Shown piece by piece: positions 12,240 to 25,393 of a DNA stretch of 64,000 nt (position 1 is the stretch's first letter; each line of letters starts with the position of its first letter). Location: contig KV454012.1 in the NCBI GenBank assembly GCA_001661245.1, positions 2,127,063-2,191,062 on the forward strand, in the 5' to 3' direction. The position numbers and the translations under genes were made by a program. Below the pieces are notes generated by a model, which was given only the letters and a program-made list of their open reading frames with translations, was not told where the DNA came from and searched no databases. This stretch comes from Pachysolen tannophilus NRRL Y-2460. Taxonomy: Eukaryota.

Positions 12240-12407
12240 AAAAGAAGTAAATAAAAAAAAAAAAAAAAAAATAAGTAATAAAAAGTAGGGATTAATTTAA
12301 AATAAAAATACAACACAACCAACTAAGGGATAAAACTATACTACACTCACAACCCATATCGACACATCACACATTCTTCTTTTTTTTTCATTTATTTATT
12401 TAATTAA

Positions 12408-12898
12408 TTATTTATTTTTTTTCTTTTCAACTTTTAATAATAAAGCCTTATTAATATGAGGCAAGACACCACCAAATGCAATTGTTGCCTTAATTAAAGT
12501 ATCCAATTCTTCATCTCCTCTAATTGCCAATTGCAAGTGTCTTGGTGTGATTCTTTTCAACTTCAAATCTTTTGCAGCATTACCAGCCAATTCTAAAACT
12601 TCTGCTGTTAAATATTCCAAGACTGCTGCTAAATAAACAGCGGCTAAAAATTATAAAAAAATAAAATAAAAAGTTAGTAAAAAAAACAATTCAATCAATA
12701 TACAATATAATTTCACATTATTTAAATTCACTTACACTTTGAACCAACCCTAATTTTATTTTGAGCATTTCTTTTCAAAAATCTCTTAATTCTACCAACT
12801 GGAAATTGTAAACCAGCTTTAGCTGAAGTAGATTGTGATCTAATACCACCATCTTTGGCACCAGATTTACCTTTACCTCCGTGAACTTTTCCAGACAT
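12408..12898 (-). CDS. HTZ1: Histone H2A.Z; 2 exons (12898-12736, 12643-12408)
   Basis: [75 protein letters not shown]; intron 12735-12644 GTAAGT..TACTAAC..TAG. Confidence 0.97.
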
Positions 12899-13207
12899 TA
12901 TTACTATAGCGGAGCAAAAAAAAAATCAGATTTGATTAAAAATCTAATATGAATAATTAACCAATTAACCAATTAACCAATTAATTAATTAATTATAAAC
13001 AAATAATAGAGAAAACAAAAATGTAAACAAATCTTCATTTAAAAGACTCCAAAAAAAAAACAAAGAAAAACAGAAAAAAAGTCGTGTGATGTCTCCCAAA
13101 CGATACAATAGCTTTAAAACAGGGTAAATGAAGAGAATATTGGTATTAATTAATTAGATATTGAATTGGTATTATTGATAAGAATTAGGTATTGTTGATC
13201 ATTGGTC

Positions 13208-15214
13208 ATGGAGGAAGATGGTAAGTCTTTGTTGATGGGTAAATTTTTTTTTTTTTTCTTTTTTTTTCATGATGTCGATGAGTTTTGCTAACGTGATTTT
13301 TAAATTGTAATTTATTATTTAGGATTTGTACCTATAGTGGCTATTTTTTATTCGGTTTTCCATCCAACAGAAGGTACAAAAGTTGTTCATCAAGTACCTT
13401 CAGGTTCTATTGTTCAACTGAGTTCGGAGTTGGACTCTTCTGCCTTGGAGGAACCATTGTTTGATTTTGATTCTGTAAAGAATTATGTTATTCCAAAGCC
13501 TCAAATTTGTAATAGGTTAGTTACTTTTAAAATTGGATCATATAGAGTACTTGGATATCCAGTAAATATTTATGGAACTCATTATGCTAGAAATTCATTT
13601 AATTTTAATTTTTGCTTTGTATTTCCTTATAATAGTGATACAACGCTGTATGAGAATCATATAAAGAGAATAGGTAAAATGTTTAGAACTTTAGAAGAAC
13701 AATCAAATATTTTATCTAAAAAGACTTTTAAAGATTGTTCAATTTTTTTTAAACAAAGTTCTCATCAACATGATAAGAGAAGTGAGAGTGTTGGCAATGC
13801 TAATATCAGCAGTGCTAATATCAGCAGTGCTAATGTTAGCAATGGCAATAATAGCAATGGCAATAATAGCAATGCTAATAATAGTCGTGGTGGCAGTTTG
13901 AGTGGGAATAGTAATATTATAACACCAATAACTTCAACATCTTTAGTTAATGATCAAATTAATTTTGATGAAAAATATTTTAAAACAGTTATTGATTCAG
14001 ATGGGAATAATCCAAAAGCTACTGTTGATAAGGCAAATAATAATTATATAACTCCGGGGCAACAATCCAAAAATTCTCAACCAAATTTATCATCAATTGA
14101 AAGTTTAATTCAACAAATTTATCAAGATTTAAATAATTATTCTGAATGTTTAATACCTATTGATGCTTCAAATTCAGTAGATGTAAAATTGTTTCCTATT
14201 TTCCCTCCTCCACCAGATATAAATGCTTGGGATGTGCCCATTCAAACGGTAAAGTTGCGTGCATTAGTTGATGTTAATTGGGATCCTACAATGTTAAAAA
14301 TTTTACCTTTTATTAATGGTATTAATTCAATAAAAAAAATTTCAAATTTAGCAGATGCTGATTATTTATTAACAAAACAATGTATTCAACATCTAATGCA
14401 TTATAAATGCATAGTAATATTGGATTTATTTTTATTTTCCAATATATATGCACCAACATCTAAAATTGGGTTATTTCTTTATGACCCAGATTTAGCTTCT
14501 GAATGTCAAGCATATGTCGTTGCTCCAACACCTTTTGATAATTTACCATTACATCACTCAGCTATCAACTCTGATAGTAAAAATAACAGCACTGATAACA
14601 ATGCTTCAACAAATAATGCTGCTAGAAACACCATTAATAACAATAATGATAATCTGAGCAAAGATGAATTATATCACTCACTGAATTTCCATTCTTCATC
14701 TTCAAGATCTTTAGACAATAATCTTGAATTAAAAAAATTGATTATTCCATCAAAGACTAAATTATTTCAATTATATAGATCTTTGAACCATGGTCAAACA
14801 GTTAGAGATTGGTACGTTGAACATCAACAAGAACTAAAATATATCGACATTAGAAGATTTTTATCATTTGGTGTCTTGAGAGGTTTAATTTATAGAATAT
14901 ACTCTTATCCAGTGGCAAATGATAACATCAGAAATAACGCAAAACTTGGGAACACTCCGAATGATAATGATAATGATGATAGAACTCTGGATATAGATGA
15001 TACTTTGGCGTTACAACAAGAAAATGAAGACAAATTCGATAATAAAGATGAGATAATTACCAAACATATACAAAGAAATCAACAGCTATGCTTGATGAAA
15101 TTGTTGAAAAAAAGGCTAAACATGGATGCAATATGCACAGATATGGATACCAGCAGAAAAGAAGTGGAAGAAATGTTGAATTCCCTATCTGATTGGAGCA
15201 TCATCAACCGTTAA
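13208..15214 (+). CDS. NPR2: SEACIT/GATOR1 subunit Npr2; 2 exons (13208-13220, 13323-15214)
   Basis: Spliced start MEEDGFVPIVAIFYSVFHPTEG; VKNYVIPKPQ, WDPTM, IDIRRFLSFG motifs; intron GTAAGT..GCTAAC..TAG. Confidence 0.93.
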
Positions 15215-15300
15215 TAGATCAAATAACCACACCAAAAGTGTGAAGACATTTCTTTTCCTCGAAATAGTAGTGTATATAATATCAATGCAAATAATTGGAA

Positions 15301-15342
15301 TGTAAACAAAAACCAGAAGCAAAAAAGATAGAAATGTAAACA
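15301..15342 (+). promoter_or_regulatory. Two forkhead-type sites (TGTAAACA) upstream of the kinesin-5 gene
   Basis: TGTAAACAA at 15301 and TGTAAACA at 15335; another at 13022 in the HTZ1/NPR2 promoter. Confidence 0.45.
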
Positions 15343-15506
15343 CATCTAAGAATTCACTATCTAAACTAGAGATTGAATTGTTTTCACCTTTGGCGGTTAC
15401 TTTTAAATTGTGTTGGAAGATTTGGATTTGATCTTATTGGATTAAGGTTAGTTTAATCTTTTTATTTTGGAGTATTTTGAGCTTGCTTTGGAAAAAAAGG
15501 ATAGAA

Positions 15507-18503
15507 ATGGGTAGTCCTCCTACATCTGCATTATCTGATTTTAGTACAGAAGCGATTAATGTTGTTGTAAGATGCCGTGGAAGAAATGATAAGGAAATTC
15601 TGCTGAAAAGTTCAGTGGTTGTTGATGTTCCCAATAAAACTGGGACTAAAGAAGTTAATTTAAATACATCTGATGATACGAGTGTGGTGGGGAAAATATC
15701 TTCAACGAAAACTTTTTTAGTTGATCAAGTTTTTGGACCTGGTGCAGATCAAGATTTAATATTTGAAGGAGTAGCATCTCCATTATTTGATGAATTTTTA
15801 AAAGGTTTTAATTGTACTGTATTTGCGTATGGACAGACAGGAACGGGGAAAACGTATACAATGTGTGGTGATGATAAATTGGTTAATGGAAGTTATTCAC
15901 CCAATGCAGGTATTATTCCTAGAGTTCTTTTCAATCTTTTCGAAAAATTGGAAAATGATACTTCATTAAAAAATGATTTTATCGTTAAATGTTCTCTTGT
16001 GGAAATTTACAATGAAAGTTTAAAAGATTTATTAAATCCAAGAAATAATAGAAAAGAATTAAAAATATATGAAGAATGTATTAAGACATTACTGGGGAAA
16101 CCTGATAAAACTCTGGTTTATATAAAAGATTTAGAAGAATATTGCGTAAAAAATGCGCGTGATGGTTTACAACTTTTAAATAGGGGCTTAAATGATAGGA
16201 AGACTTCTTCTACAAATATGAATAAGACTTCAAGTAGATCACATACAATTTTCAGTTTGAGCTTATTTAAAAAAGAAGGTGATACAGAATATAGACATTC
16301 AAAGATGAATTTAGTCGATTTAGCAGGTTCAGAAAATATAAGTAGATCAGGTGCTACCGAGCAACAGGCAAAGGAAGCTGGATCAATTAATAGAAGTTTA
16401 TTATCTTTGGGGAAAGTTATTAATGCTTTAGTGGACAATAAATTACCACCTTATAGGGATTCAAAATTAACTAGATTATTAAAAGATTCATTAGGAGGAG
16501 AAACCAAAACCGTTTTAATTGCTAATATATCTCCTTCTAAAATGGATTGTGATGAAACAGCAAAGACTTTAGAATACGCCAGTAAGGCCAAAAATGTAAT
16601 GAACACTCCTCAAGTAGGTAATTTGATTTTGAAAAATATAGTGGTAAAAGATTTGGTAGATGAGGTTTCACGATTGAGGAAAGATTTAATAGCCAGTTGG
16701 TCAAAAGATGGCGTAACTATAGATAAAGAAAACTATGATCAACTTAAAAAAGATTTACAACATTATAAAAATCAAGTAACGGAAAGTAATAGAAAAATAG
16801 ATTTTACGATAAATCAGAACAAGACTTTGAATCTGAACTTGAATCACAAGATACAAGAGCATAAAGATCTGGAGAATAGCATCAAAGAACTTCGTTTGAA
16901 AAATACATCATTAAGTAATAAATTACAAGTTTACCAAGAAAACGAGAAAAAATTGATTCAATCAACGGAAAATTATAAAGATTTAATTGATGTCTTTAAC
17001 TCAGGTTTAGCAGATATCATGAAATTTCATACCGATCAGAGATTATTCTTACAGCAACAAGTCCATGAAAAATTACAAGTCCAGACTAGTCACCTAACTA
17101 GCATTCTTGAAAACGCCTTAAATGAATCTTCAAATGCTGATATTACAGAAAATTCCAAAAAAATTAAAGATATATATAAGAAGAGTATAGAGAATTTTGA
17201 AAAGATGTCATTAGAAATTTGTGGGAATATAACAAAGTCTTTGAATTCAAGATTACCCGAATTTTTTGAAAATATAAAGGCTTCGATTAAAAATTCCAAT
17301 TTAATTTCTCATGAAGAATTCAAAAAGATTGAAAACAATTTTGTTTCTTTGTCGAACCACAATACTAACTTTGATAAATTTTTGTCAAATGAATTGATCA
17401 CTAGGCAAGATACAATTTTAAGCAACTATGTGCAAGCAGCTACTGTGAAAAACGAGATAATGAAGAAACAATTCATGAATAATATGGTAAAGATGTTTGA
17501 GGATTACTATTCGAAAACTACAAGTGCGTTACCGAATGAGATCGACACTCTTCGAAAACAAATTGAGCAGGAAAGAAACCAGCTAACTTCAAAGAAGACT
17601 GAATGGTTAAGTAAAAGCAATTGGATGATGAAAACAAATTCGGACATAATTTCTTCATTGTCAGTTAAAATTGAAAAAAATGAGAAGGCTGTTCTTGACG
17701 AAATTGCGAAATTAAGTGATTTGACAACTAAAGATAGTGGAATTCTTAATAGCGAAATCACTGAAATTTGCAAGACATCTAGAAAACTGCACCATTTTGA
17801 AGGGATCGAAGAACAGCTATCACAAATCACTGATAAATTTACTTCTGCTCGTTCAATGAAGGATCAAACCATGAATGATTTGTTGACAATAGGTGAAAAT
17901 TTAACTGGCTGTTCTGAAGTAATATCTGCAAATATTGAAAAAGACAATATTTTTAAAGACAGTAAATCAAGAATTGATAATTATCAAAAAATGGTTAACC
18001 AGCGTATTGAGTTGCCTGAGAGGTTATCAATGACAAAATCTCCGGTGAGGCAAGTTACCAATAATCGAAACTCTCCTGCTAGAAGAAATCAACAAGATTT
18101 GCCATTTTCTCGTTCAGCTACAAATTCTCCACTGAAATCTGGAGTTATATCAAGAATCTCGTCAAGAAGTAATTCTAGGCAAAGTTCTCCATCTCGACAA
18201 AACAGAAATGTAATAGAATCAAGCCAGAAATTAGAATATGCAAATAAACCCGACTTAACTCCACCGGAAGATGTCATTGAAAAAAATAGTGTTAATGGCG
18301 AACCAACTCCTGATACTGGCTGCACTGAAAAGATATTTCCAACTGAAAGGTTACTGATATCGGATAAGGAAAACATAAATATGAACGGAAAGAAAAGATC
18401 ACTTTCTTCAACAGAATCATTATCAAGTAATAGTGCAACAGATAATAAGCGAATACGTTCACAATCACAAAAAAGTAGGATTCCAAGAAAACCCTTCCGC
18501 TGA
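15507..18503 (+). CDS. CIN8: Kinesin-5 (BimC family) spindle motor
   Basis: P-loop GQTGTGKT, SSRSH, LVDLAGSE, PYRDSKLTRLL; coiled-coil stalk; adjacent to NPR2 as CIN8 is in S. cerevisiae. Confidence 0.88.
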   Translation: MGSPPTSALSDFSTEAINVVVRCRGRNDKEILLKSSVVVDVPNKTGTKEVNLNTSDDTSVVGKISSTKTFLVDQVFGPGADQDLIFEGVASPLFDEFLKGFNCTVFAYGQTGTGKTYTMCGDDKLVNGSYSPNAGIIPRVLFNLFEKLENDTSLKNDFIVKCSLVEIYNESLKDLLNPRNNRKELKIYEECIKTLLGKPDKTLVYIKDLEEYCVKNARDGLQLLNRGLNDRKTSSTNMNKTSSRSHTIFSLSLFKKEGDTEYRHSKMNLVDLAGSENISRSGATEQQAKEAGSINRSLLSLGKVINALVDNKLPPYRDSKLTRLLKDSLGGETKTVLIANISPSKMDCDETAKTLEYASKAKNVMNTPQVGNLILKNIVVKDLVDEVSRLRKDLIASWSKDGVTIDKENYDQLKKDLQHYKNQVTESNRKIDFTINQNKTLNLNLNHKIQEHKDLENSIKELRLKNTSLSNKLQVYQENEKKLIQSTENYKDLIDVFNSGLADIMKFHTDQRLFLQQQVHEKLQVQTSHLTSILENALNESSNADITENSKKIKDIYKKSIENFEKMSLEICGNITKSLNSRLPEFFENIKASIKNSNLISHEEFKKIENNFVSLSNHNTNFDKFLSNELITRQDTILSNYVQAATVKNEIMKKQFMNNMVKMFEDYYSKTTSALPNEIDTLRKQIEQERNQLTSKKTEWLSKSNWMMKTNSDIISSLSVKIEKNEKAVLDEIAKLSDLTTKDSGILNSEITEICKTSRKLHHFEGIEEQLSQITDKFTSARSMKDQTMNDLLTIGENLTGCSEVISANIEKDNIFKDSKSRIDNYQKMVNQRIELPERLSMTKSPVRQVTNNRNSPARRNQQDLPFSRSATNSPLKSGVISRISSRSNSRQSSPSRQNRNVIESSQKLEYANKPDLTPPEDVIEKNSVNGEPTPDTGCTEKIFPTERLLISDKENINMNGKKRSLSSTESLSSNSATDNKRIRSQSQKSRIPRKPFR

Positions 18504-19260
18504 TTATCAAAACAAAAAAGTTTTACTGTATTAAAATAGCTTATTCAAATAATGATGTAGATAATTTTTAAAAGTTTAGAGGCTACTTTATAATTTGTTT
18601 TTTATTTTTAATTTTTTTTTTTCTATTTTCTTTCGTTTATTGTATTCATAATTTTATTTTATTTTTCTACATCACTAGTCAAAATTTAAACTTGGATAGA
18701 TATTGTTTAATTTACTTTACTTACTCTTGCTTCTCTTTAAATAAAAATTAAAATGATATTAATAAATATATGATTTTCATTTCTGATTGTTAATCAACAA
18801 TTTTCAAGAATAAAAATTATTTTTTATCATATGGATCAAATTGTGATTGTTAAATTTAAATTTTAACCTGAGACACAGTGAATATTTCGAAATAAACTGT
18901 AAAACAAAATAAAGATAAACAGGAGAGAGAAAAAAAAAATAAAAAGCAATTTACAAAATCAATCAATATTACCATAACAGTAATAAGAAAACCAAACAAC
19001 TAAAATGTTAATAAATAAATAAAAAAATTAAGATCGACTGAAAATTATTTTGAAAAAAAAAAAAATAAACAAAAAAACAAAAAAAAAACAAAATTAATAA
19101 AAATGCTTTCCCCCAAAACTTAAGATAAAAAAAAAAATTACTCTTTTTGAAATATTTTGCAAAGAGTTATCACAGGTTGTGAGACTGTAGAAGACATAAA
19201 ATATCTAATAAATAAAAAGAAGTAAAAATAACAAAAATAAGGAAAGGATTTTTTTTTTGG

Positions 19261-20958
19261 TTATCTGAACTCCAATGGATTACTATTAGTACTAGCTGGT
19301 GATGGATGCCCACTAAAACTTTTCCTGATTTGTTCACCAATGCTTCCTGCATTTGAAGCACTAGACGATCTATGTCTCTGACGTCTTGCTAATTCAGGAT
19401 CGGTTTGCTTTCCCAATTTTTTGGCAAACAACGATAATATATCTGTTAAACTAACAACACCTATTAATTTACCAGGTCTGCCTGATTCTTTCTCCAAGAT
19501 ATAGCTTGGTAAAGGTGTTCCTGAAGATGAAGTTGATGAGCCACTTACCGGTGTCTTTTGAGTGTTTGGTTTTAAATATTCTTCAGATCCTGCAGCTGGA
19601 GCTCCATAAGGTTTAACAATCCATAATCTATGTGATTGAGTAGCAACCAATTTAGCAATAGTTCTACCTAAAGATGAATATGGAGTAACATGGAAAATAG
19701 GGAAAGAATCTTTACCATTTTCCAATCCTCTTGAATTCAATATGACTGATATAAAATGTAAACAACTTTTATATAATAAATCAGATTTTGAAGAATTACT
19801 AACATGTTTAACATCTGTAACTGATATATTACCCAATAAATTATAACTTCTATCAACAACTGCTAATGAAGAAATTTTTAATTCATGCATAGTTATTAAA
19901 GCATCGATTAATAATTGATCTCCAAAAATGGATATAACATTTGATTGTCCAATTTGGAGTTCACCTATAGAAGATGTTAATAATGGTTCTAAAGAAGGAA
20001 ATCTTCTTGCATTATCCCATAAGAATTTTATCAATCTTCTTTGAGATAATATACCTGTTATATGATCATTGCTTGTAATTGCTACTCTATGAACACCACT
20101 ACCCAAGATTTCAACCACTGTAGATAATGTATCAGTTTCTGATAATTTTATAAATTGATTTTTAGTTGTTAATCTTATAACGAAATCAACAGGTACTTGT
20201 TCACCTCTTTGTGCTTTTTGAATTAATTGAGGAATTTCTTCTTTTGGAGTATAATTAATATTTGAAACATCTATTATTTTCAATTTATTCAATACCAATA
20301 ATAAATATGAATTTAAATCTGTATAATCAAAAGTTAAACAATTTAAATCATTTGGGTATTGTTCTACAGGTACTGAAGTTAAATTATTTTTAATTAAAGT
20401 TTCAAAAGCTTTTTCCACAGAAACTTTACTATCAATGAAAATTAATTTATTTTTTTCAACCAATTCAGCTAATGGGATATCTTGCCAATCGATTAATGGA
20501 TAAGAAAAAGATCCTTGTGTCAGGGAACTAGCTTGTGAAGAAGATGAAGGGTTTCTTGATAAACTATTATTATTTGAATTATAATTTAATGATGATGGGG
20601 TATTACCAGTATTACCAGCAGAAGCAGCAGAAGCAGCAGAAGCAGCAGTACTAGCAGTATTACCAGCACTAGCACCACTAGCGCCAGCGGCAAGCGGAGC
20701 ACCAGCTGCCGCAAACCCAGCTGGTACTTGGGATTCGCCGCTATTGTGATTATGATTATGATGCAAGGAGCTCAACGATGACATAGAAGGCAGACGTTGA
20801 CTTGGAGCACCATCATTATTCAATTGGAAACTCGAAACATCTAAATTATTTTCCAATGGTGGTGGGGTTGAGAGCATCTCAACAATCGATGTTTGTCTAG
20901 ACCTCAACGACGGAGACGTTGGAGATCTGAATGGTGATCCTGGATACTTATTTGTCAT
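19261..20958 (-). CDS. SDS23: CBS-domain protein Sds23/Sds24
   Basis: SIVEMLSTPPPL; CBS repeats (FDYTDLNSYLLL, GVHRVA, GILSQRRLI, KLVATQSHRLWIV); divergent from OLE1 as in S. cerevisiae. Confidence 0.9.
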   Translation of the reverse strand: MTNKYPGSPFRSPTSPSLRSRQTSIVEMLSTPPPLENNLDVSSFQLNNDGAPSQRLPSMSSLSSLHHNHNHNSGESQVPAGFAAAGAPLAAGASGASAGNTASTAASAASAASAGNTGNTPSSLNYNSNNNSLSRNPSSSSQASSLTQGSFSYPLIDWQDIPLAELVEKNKLIFIDSKVSVEKAFETLIKNNLTSVPVEQYPNDLNCLTFDYTDLNSYLLLVLNKLKIIDVSNINYTPKEEIPQLIQKAQRGEQVPVDFVIRLTTKNQFIKLSETDTLSTVVEILGSGVHRVAITSNDHITGILSQRRLIKFLWDNARRFPSLEPLLTSSIGELQIGQSNVISIFGDQLLIDALITMHELKISSLAVVDRSYNLLGNISVTDVKHVSNSSKSDLLYKSCLHFISVILNSRGLENGKDSFPIFHVTPYSSLGRTIAKLVATQSHRLWIVKPYGAPAAGSEEYLKPNTQKTPVSGSSTSSSGTPLPSYILEKESGRPGKLIGVVSLTDILSLFAKKLGKQTDPELARRQRHRSSSASNAGSIGEQIRKSFSGHPSPASTNSNPLEFR

Positions 20959-22177
20959 TTTAATAAAAAATAAATAGCTTTGGTTAAATAACTGCAGCGG
21001 GAGGAGAAAAAAAAAAAATTAAAAGAAAAAAGCAACAATAGTAACAACAGCTGCAAATAAATTATAAATTATAAATTTTTTTTTTTTTTTTGAAAATAAA
21101 ATAAAAAAAAATTAATTCTTTAAATTGAATTGAATCCAACACTTGCCTATAATGAAAATATTTCAGGCAACTTAACCAAAAGCAAAGCTCTGATTTATTA
21201 AACTAATTTTTTATTTTTTTGTTTTTTTTTTTAGTTTTCAATTTATATAGTATATAATAAATTAATTATATATATATAAAATATAATATAATATAATTTA
21301 ATATAGGGGGAAATGAAAAAAAAAAAAAAAGAAGAAAAAGAAAAATTACACGCCACGTTTTGCTTCTTTTGTGTTTTTTCTTATTTTTTTAAAGGTAGAG
21401 CTCCGAATTGGGTAATTTACAAGCCATACAAACGTGTTTCTACGAAAAAGGAAGTTTCGAGAACCCAAACAGTGGCTAGTGGAAAAAAACCAAAAAGAAA
21501 AAAAAAAAAAAAAAAATTTTTTTTAACAGGAAGTGCACTTAAAACTCAAATCTCCAAATCGAGTAATTTTTTTAAATTTTGGTTTTTCTTCGATCTCAAA
21601 ATTTAAGTCGTGTAAGCGCGTACTAATTTTATTTTGCTAATTGCTTGCAGCTATTTTTTTACCCAACAAAAAAAAAATTGAAATCAACCAAAAAAAAAAT
21701 CCAAAAAAAAAAACCCAAACAGAAAAGAAGCACATTATAGTAAGATAATATCAGTTTTTAATAGTTTTTAATAGTTTTTATTTAATGATTTAATTAATTA
21801 ATTAAATTAATTAATTAATAAAAAGTATAGTTGGGTGTGAGGTGATCTTTTTTTTTTTTTCAATTTTTTTTTTTATATTATATTATATTATATTATATCA
21901 ACATTAATATTATTCCTTTGAATTATTCGTTGTGTGTTCATCATCCAACTCATAAATAATAAATTAGTTTTTCTTTGCTTAAGTTTAGCTATAAATTGGT
22001 TGTTAAATTCCCAATATTTATACAATACAATTATAATTTTTTAATTTGAGTTTTAATTTGATTTAAAATTATTAAGAAATTTTAAAGCGCTCAAATTACA
22101 AGATAAAAAAACGAAAGAAAAAAAAAAAAAATAATTTAGAGAAAGATACTTTTNTTTTTTTTTTATTGGTTTCAAAT

Positions 22178-23656
22178 ATGTCTTCAATTGATGATGTTGA
22201 TGTTACTTCTGCCAATGCTTTAGCAGCTGGTACGAACAAATTGAATAAAAGAATTGTTGCAGCAGGTTTAGCTGGAAGATTGATGGGTACTAAAGGTATG
22301 GTTGATGTTACCGCGGAACAAATTGCTCAAGATTCAATGAGAAGTTTATTGGATAGAGATAGGCTGGAAAAGAAAAAATATGAAAAAGTAAGGCATATTA
22401 GTGAACAACCTTGGACTTTTCTGAATTGGCATAGTCATGTAAATTGGTTAAATTTTATATTGGTGGTAATGATACCTGTTTCTGGAATAATTTCTGCATT
22501 TTTCATTGATTTACAATTAAAAACTGCAATTTTAACTTTTTTCTTGTATGCTATGAGTGGTATTTCAATAACTGCTGGTTATCATAGATTATGGTCTCAT
22601 AGAGCTTATCAAGCTAGACTTCCTTTAAAAATAACATTTGCTCTTTTTGGAGCTGGAGCTGTAGAAGGTTCAATTAAATGGTGGGGTCATTCTCATAGAA
22701 TACATCATAGATATACTGATACAGCAAGGGATCCATATGATGCAAGAAGAGGTTTTTGGTATTCTCATATTGGTTGGATGTTAACAAAACCAAACCCAAG
22801 ATATAGAGCAAGAGCAGATATTTCAGATTTAACTGATGATTGGATTGTTAGAGTTCAACATAGACATTATTTACTTATAATGATATTTATGTCTTTAATT
22901 TTCCCAACTTTAATTGCTGGTTTATGTTGGGGAGATTATCTTGGAGGATTTATTTATGCAGGAATTATTAAAATTTTTGTTATTCAACAAGCAACTTTTT
23001 GTGTTAATTCTTTGGCTCATTGGATTGGTGCTCAACCTTTTGATGATAGAAGAACTCCAAGAGATCATTTCTTGACTGCTTTAGTAACTTTTGGTGAAGG
23101 TTATCATAATTTCCATCATGAATTCCCAACAGATTATAGAAATGCATTAAAATGGTATCAATATGATCCAACAAAAGTTATAATTTATCTTTCTTCTAAA
23201 ATTGGATTATCTTATAATTTGAAAACTTTTTCACAAAATGCTATAGAACAAGGTTTAGTTCAACAACAACAAAAGAAAATTGATGCATTAAGATCTAAAT
23301 TAAATTGGGGTACTCCATTATCACAATTACCTGTATGGAATAAAAGTGATTTTTTTGAAAAAGCCAAAACTGAAAAAGGTTTGGTTATTATTTCTGGTAT
23401 AGTACATAATGTTTCAGGATTTATGACTGAACATCCTGGTGGACAAAATTTGATTAAAACTTCTATTGGTAAAGATGCAACCAATGCTTTTAACGGTGGT
23501 GTTTATGCTCATTCTAATGCAGCACATAATATGTTGGCCACAATGAGAGTTGCTGTTATCAGAGACTCTGGTGCAACAAACAATACCTTTGCCGTCCAAC
23601 AAGAGCTTTTGGAACAAAAACAATCAAAAATGATTGCAAACGGTGAAAGAATTTAG
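22178..23656 (+). CDS. OLE1: Delta-9 acyl-CoA desaturase with fused cytochrome b5
   Basis: His boxes HRLWSH, HRIHH, HNFHH; C-terminal HPGG b5 domain. Confidence 0.96.
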   Translation: MSSIDDVDVTSANALAAGTNKLNKRIVAAGLAGRLMGTKGMVDVTAEQIAQDSMRSLLDRDRLEKKKYEKVRHISEQPWTFLNWHSHVNWLNFILVVMIPVSGIISAFFIDLQLKTAILTFFLYAMSGISITAGYHRLWSHRAYQARLPLKITFALFGAGAVEGSIKWWGHSHRIHHRYTDTARDPYDARRGFWYSHIGWMLTKPNPRYRARADISDLTDDWIVRVQHRHYLLIMIFMSLIFPTLIAGLCWGDYLGGFIYAGIIKIFVIQQATFCVNSLAHWIGAQPFDDRRTPRDHFLTALVTFGEGYHNFHHEFPTDYRNALKWYQYDPTKVIIYLSSKIGLSYNLKTFSQNAIEQGLVQQQQKKIDALRSKLNWGTPLSQLPVWNKSDFFEKAKTEKGLVIISGIVHNVSGFMTEHPGGQNLIKTSIGKDATNAFNGGVYAHSNAAHNMLATMRVAVIRDSGATNNTFAVQQELLEQKQSKMIANGERI

Positions 23657-23915
23657 AAAAAACTTTTGATTAATTTAAAATGAATTGAAACAAAGGAAAA
23701 CTTTTTTGAGATCTCTTAAAAAACAAAAAAAAAAAAAAAAGAAACAGAAAGTTGGTTATGTTTCTAAGGAGTTGAGAACTTTGCCTCCTTCGTTTATGGC
23801 CATATGAGCTTTTAGCTTTTAGTCCCTTTTTTTTTATTATTATCATTATTATTAATGTCTTTTATTCTACTTTTTTTTTGTGGTTCGTAGTGTATAAATT
23901 TGAATTTGGTTATTA

Positions 23916-24357
23916 NNNNNNNNNNNNNNNNNNNNNNNNNNNNNNNNNNNNNNNNNNNNNNNNNNNNNNNNNNNNNNNNNNNNNNNNNNNNNNNNNNNNN
24001 NNNNNNNNNNNNNNNNNNNNNNNNNNNNNNNNNNNNNNNNNNNNNNNNNNNNNNNNNNNNNNNNNNNNNNNNNNNNNNNNNNNNNNNNNNNNNNNNNNNN
24101 NNNNNNNNNNNNNNNNNNNNNNNNNNNNNNNNNNNNNNNNNNNNNNNNNNNNNNNNNNNNNNNNNNNNNNNNNNNNNNNNNNNNNNNNNNNNNNNNNNNN
24201 NNNNNNNNNNNNNNNNNNNNNNNNNNNNNNNNNNNNNNNNNNNNNNNNNNNNNNNNNNNNNNNNNNNNNNNNNNNNNNNNNNNNNNNNNNNNNNNNNNNN
24301 NNNNNNNNNNNNNNNNNNNNNNNNNNNNNNNNNNNNNNNNNNNNNNNNNNNNNNNNN
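23916..24357. other. Assembly gap (N run)
   Basis: Run of N followed by a long poly-T. Confidence 1.
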
Positions 24358-24409
<52 letters not shown>

Positions 24410-24517
24410 CTTTTAATTTTAGTGAGCATTTGAATATAAAGAAATTATGGTCCACTAAATGATAATAATAATTATACGGTAAATAATTTAATTAATTAAT
24501 TAATTAATTAATTAGTA

Positions 24518-25393
24518 ATGGGGAAGGACAATTTTAAATCTTCACAGAAGAATAAGGATGAAGGGAATTCACTTATGCTTTTACCAACAGATCGTGGTTC
24601 GTTAAAGTTAAATGATAAATATGTTAAGACAATTTTGTTACCTAATACAAATACTTTAAAATCATCTGTACCTTTACTTTCTAATAAGGAAGTTAAAGAG
24701 ATAATAAATAACAAAGATTATGAACAAAAATTGACTAGAGCAATAAATAGAGAGTTTTTTCCACAGTTGAATGATGACGGTCAAGATGATGAAGGTCAAG
24801 GTATTGAAAGTGAACTTATAAATGGTGTAGTGGAATAATATATTTCTAAAGATCATCGTTCTTTTAAAAAAATTTTAATTGATGAGAGTAATGAAAAGAG
24901 AAGAAAAGTAAAATGGATCTATGAAAAGAATGATGCTGAAAGAGAAAAAAATAATGAAATATTAACAAGACCAAAAGGATGGCAAGAATCAAGTTCTTTA
25001 ATTAAGATAGATCCTAGACAAACAATTACTTATCAAAATGGAAGAGTTGCAGAAACATACAACATGAATAGCTCAAATGATAGAGGAATAATAATACCTG
25101 AAAATACAAGACTATCATCTGATGTATTATATAGGAATAATAATCAGACTCAAGACTATACTGGATTATTCACTTTCAATACTAGGGAACAAAATGGGAA
25201 AAATTTTGATGGGTACAGTTTTATAGCAAAATCGGATATAGAAGGAGAAAGAAATGATACCAATAATATTATTAATAACTCATCATCATCTTCTAAAATT
25301 TCGAAAAAATTCAAAACTTATGGTAATACTGGAAGAAGGCGGATTAATTCAGAAGCAGCAAAAAGGCTTTTGGAAAAATTGAATAAAAATTAG
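24518..25393 (+). pseudogene. ESS2/DGCR14 (Es2)-like splicing factor with one in-frame TAA at 24836-24838
   Basis: ORFs 24518-24838 and 25064-25393 are in the same frame and the sequence between them is open; motifs INREFFPQL, *YISKDHRSFKKIL..NEKRRKVKWIY, IIPENTR, GYSFI, SEAAKRL. Confidence 0.65.

Noticed and set aside
11807..12322. ORFs spanning the first N gap
   Set aside because: Artefacts of unknown bases and homopolymers.
13798..13880. 15-nt tandem repeats in NPR2 (ANISS x2, NGNNS x2), and similar Ala/Gln/Asn repeats in SDS23, HRD1 and MFG1
   Set aside because: Ordinary slippage-derived low-complexity coding repeats, not arrays or mobile elements.
21313..21606. 97-aa ORF in the SDS23-OLE1 intergenic region
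   Set aside because: Built from poly-A/T tracts with no recognisable family; the same applies to 29196-29608, 51965-52264 and 56732-56989.
23812..24462. ORFs spanning the second N gap (poly-K/poly-F)
   Set aside because: Artefacts of N and poly-T runs.
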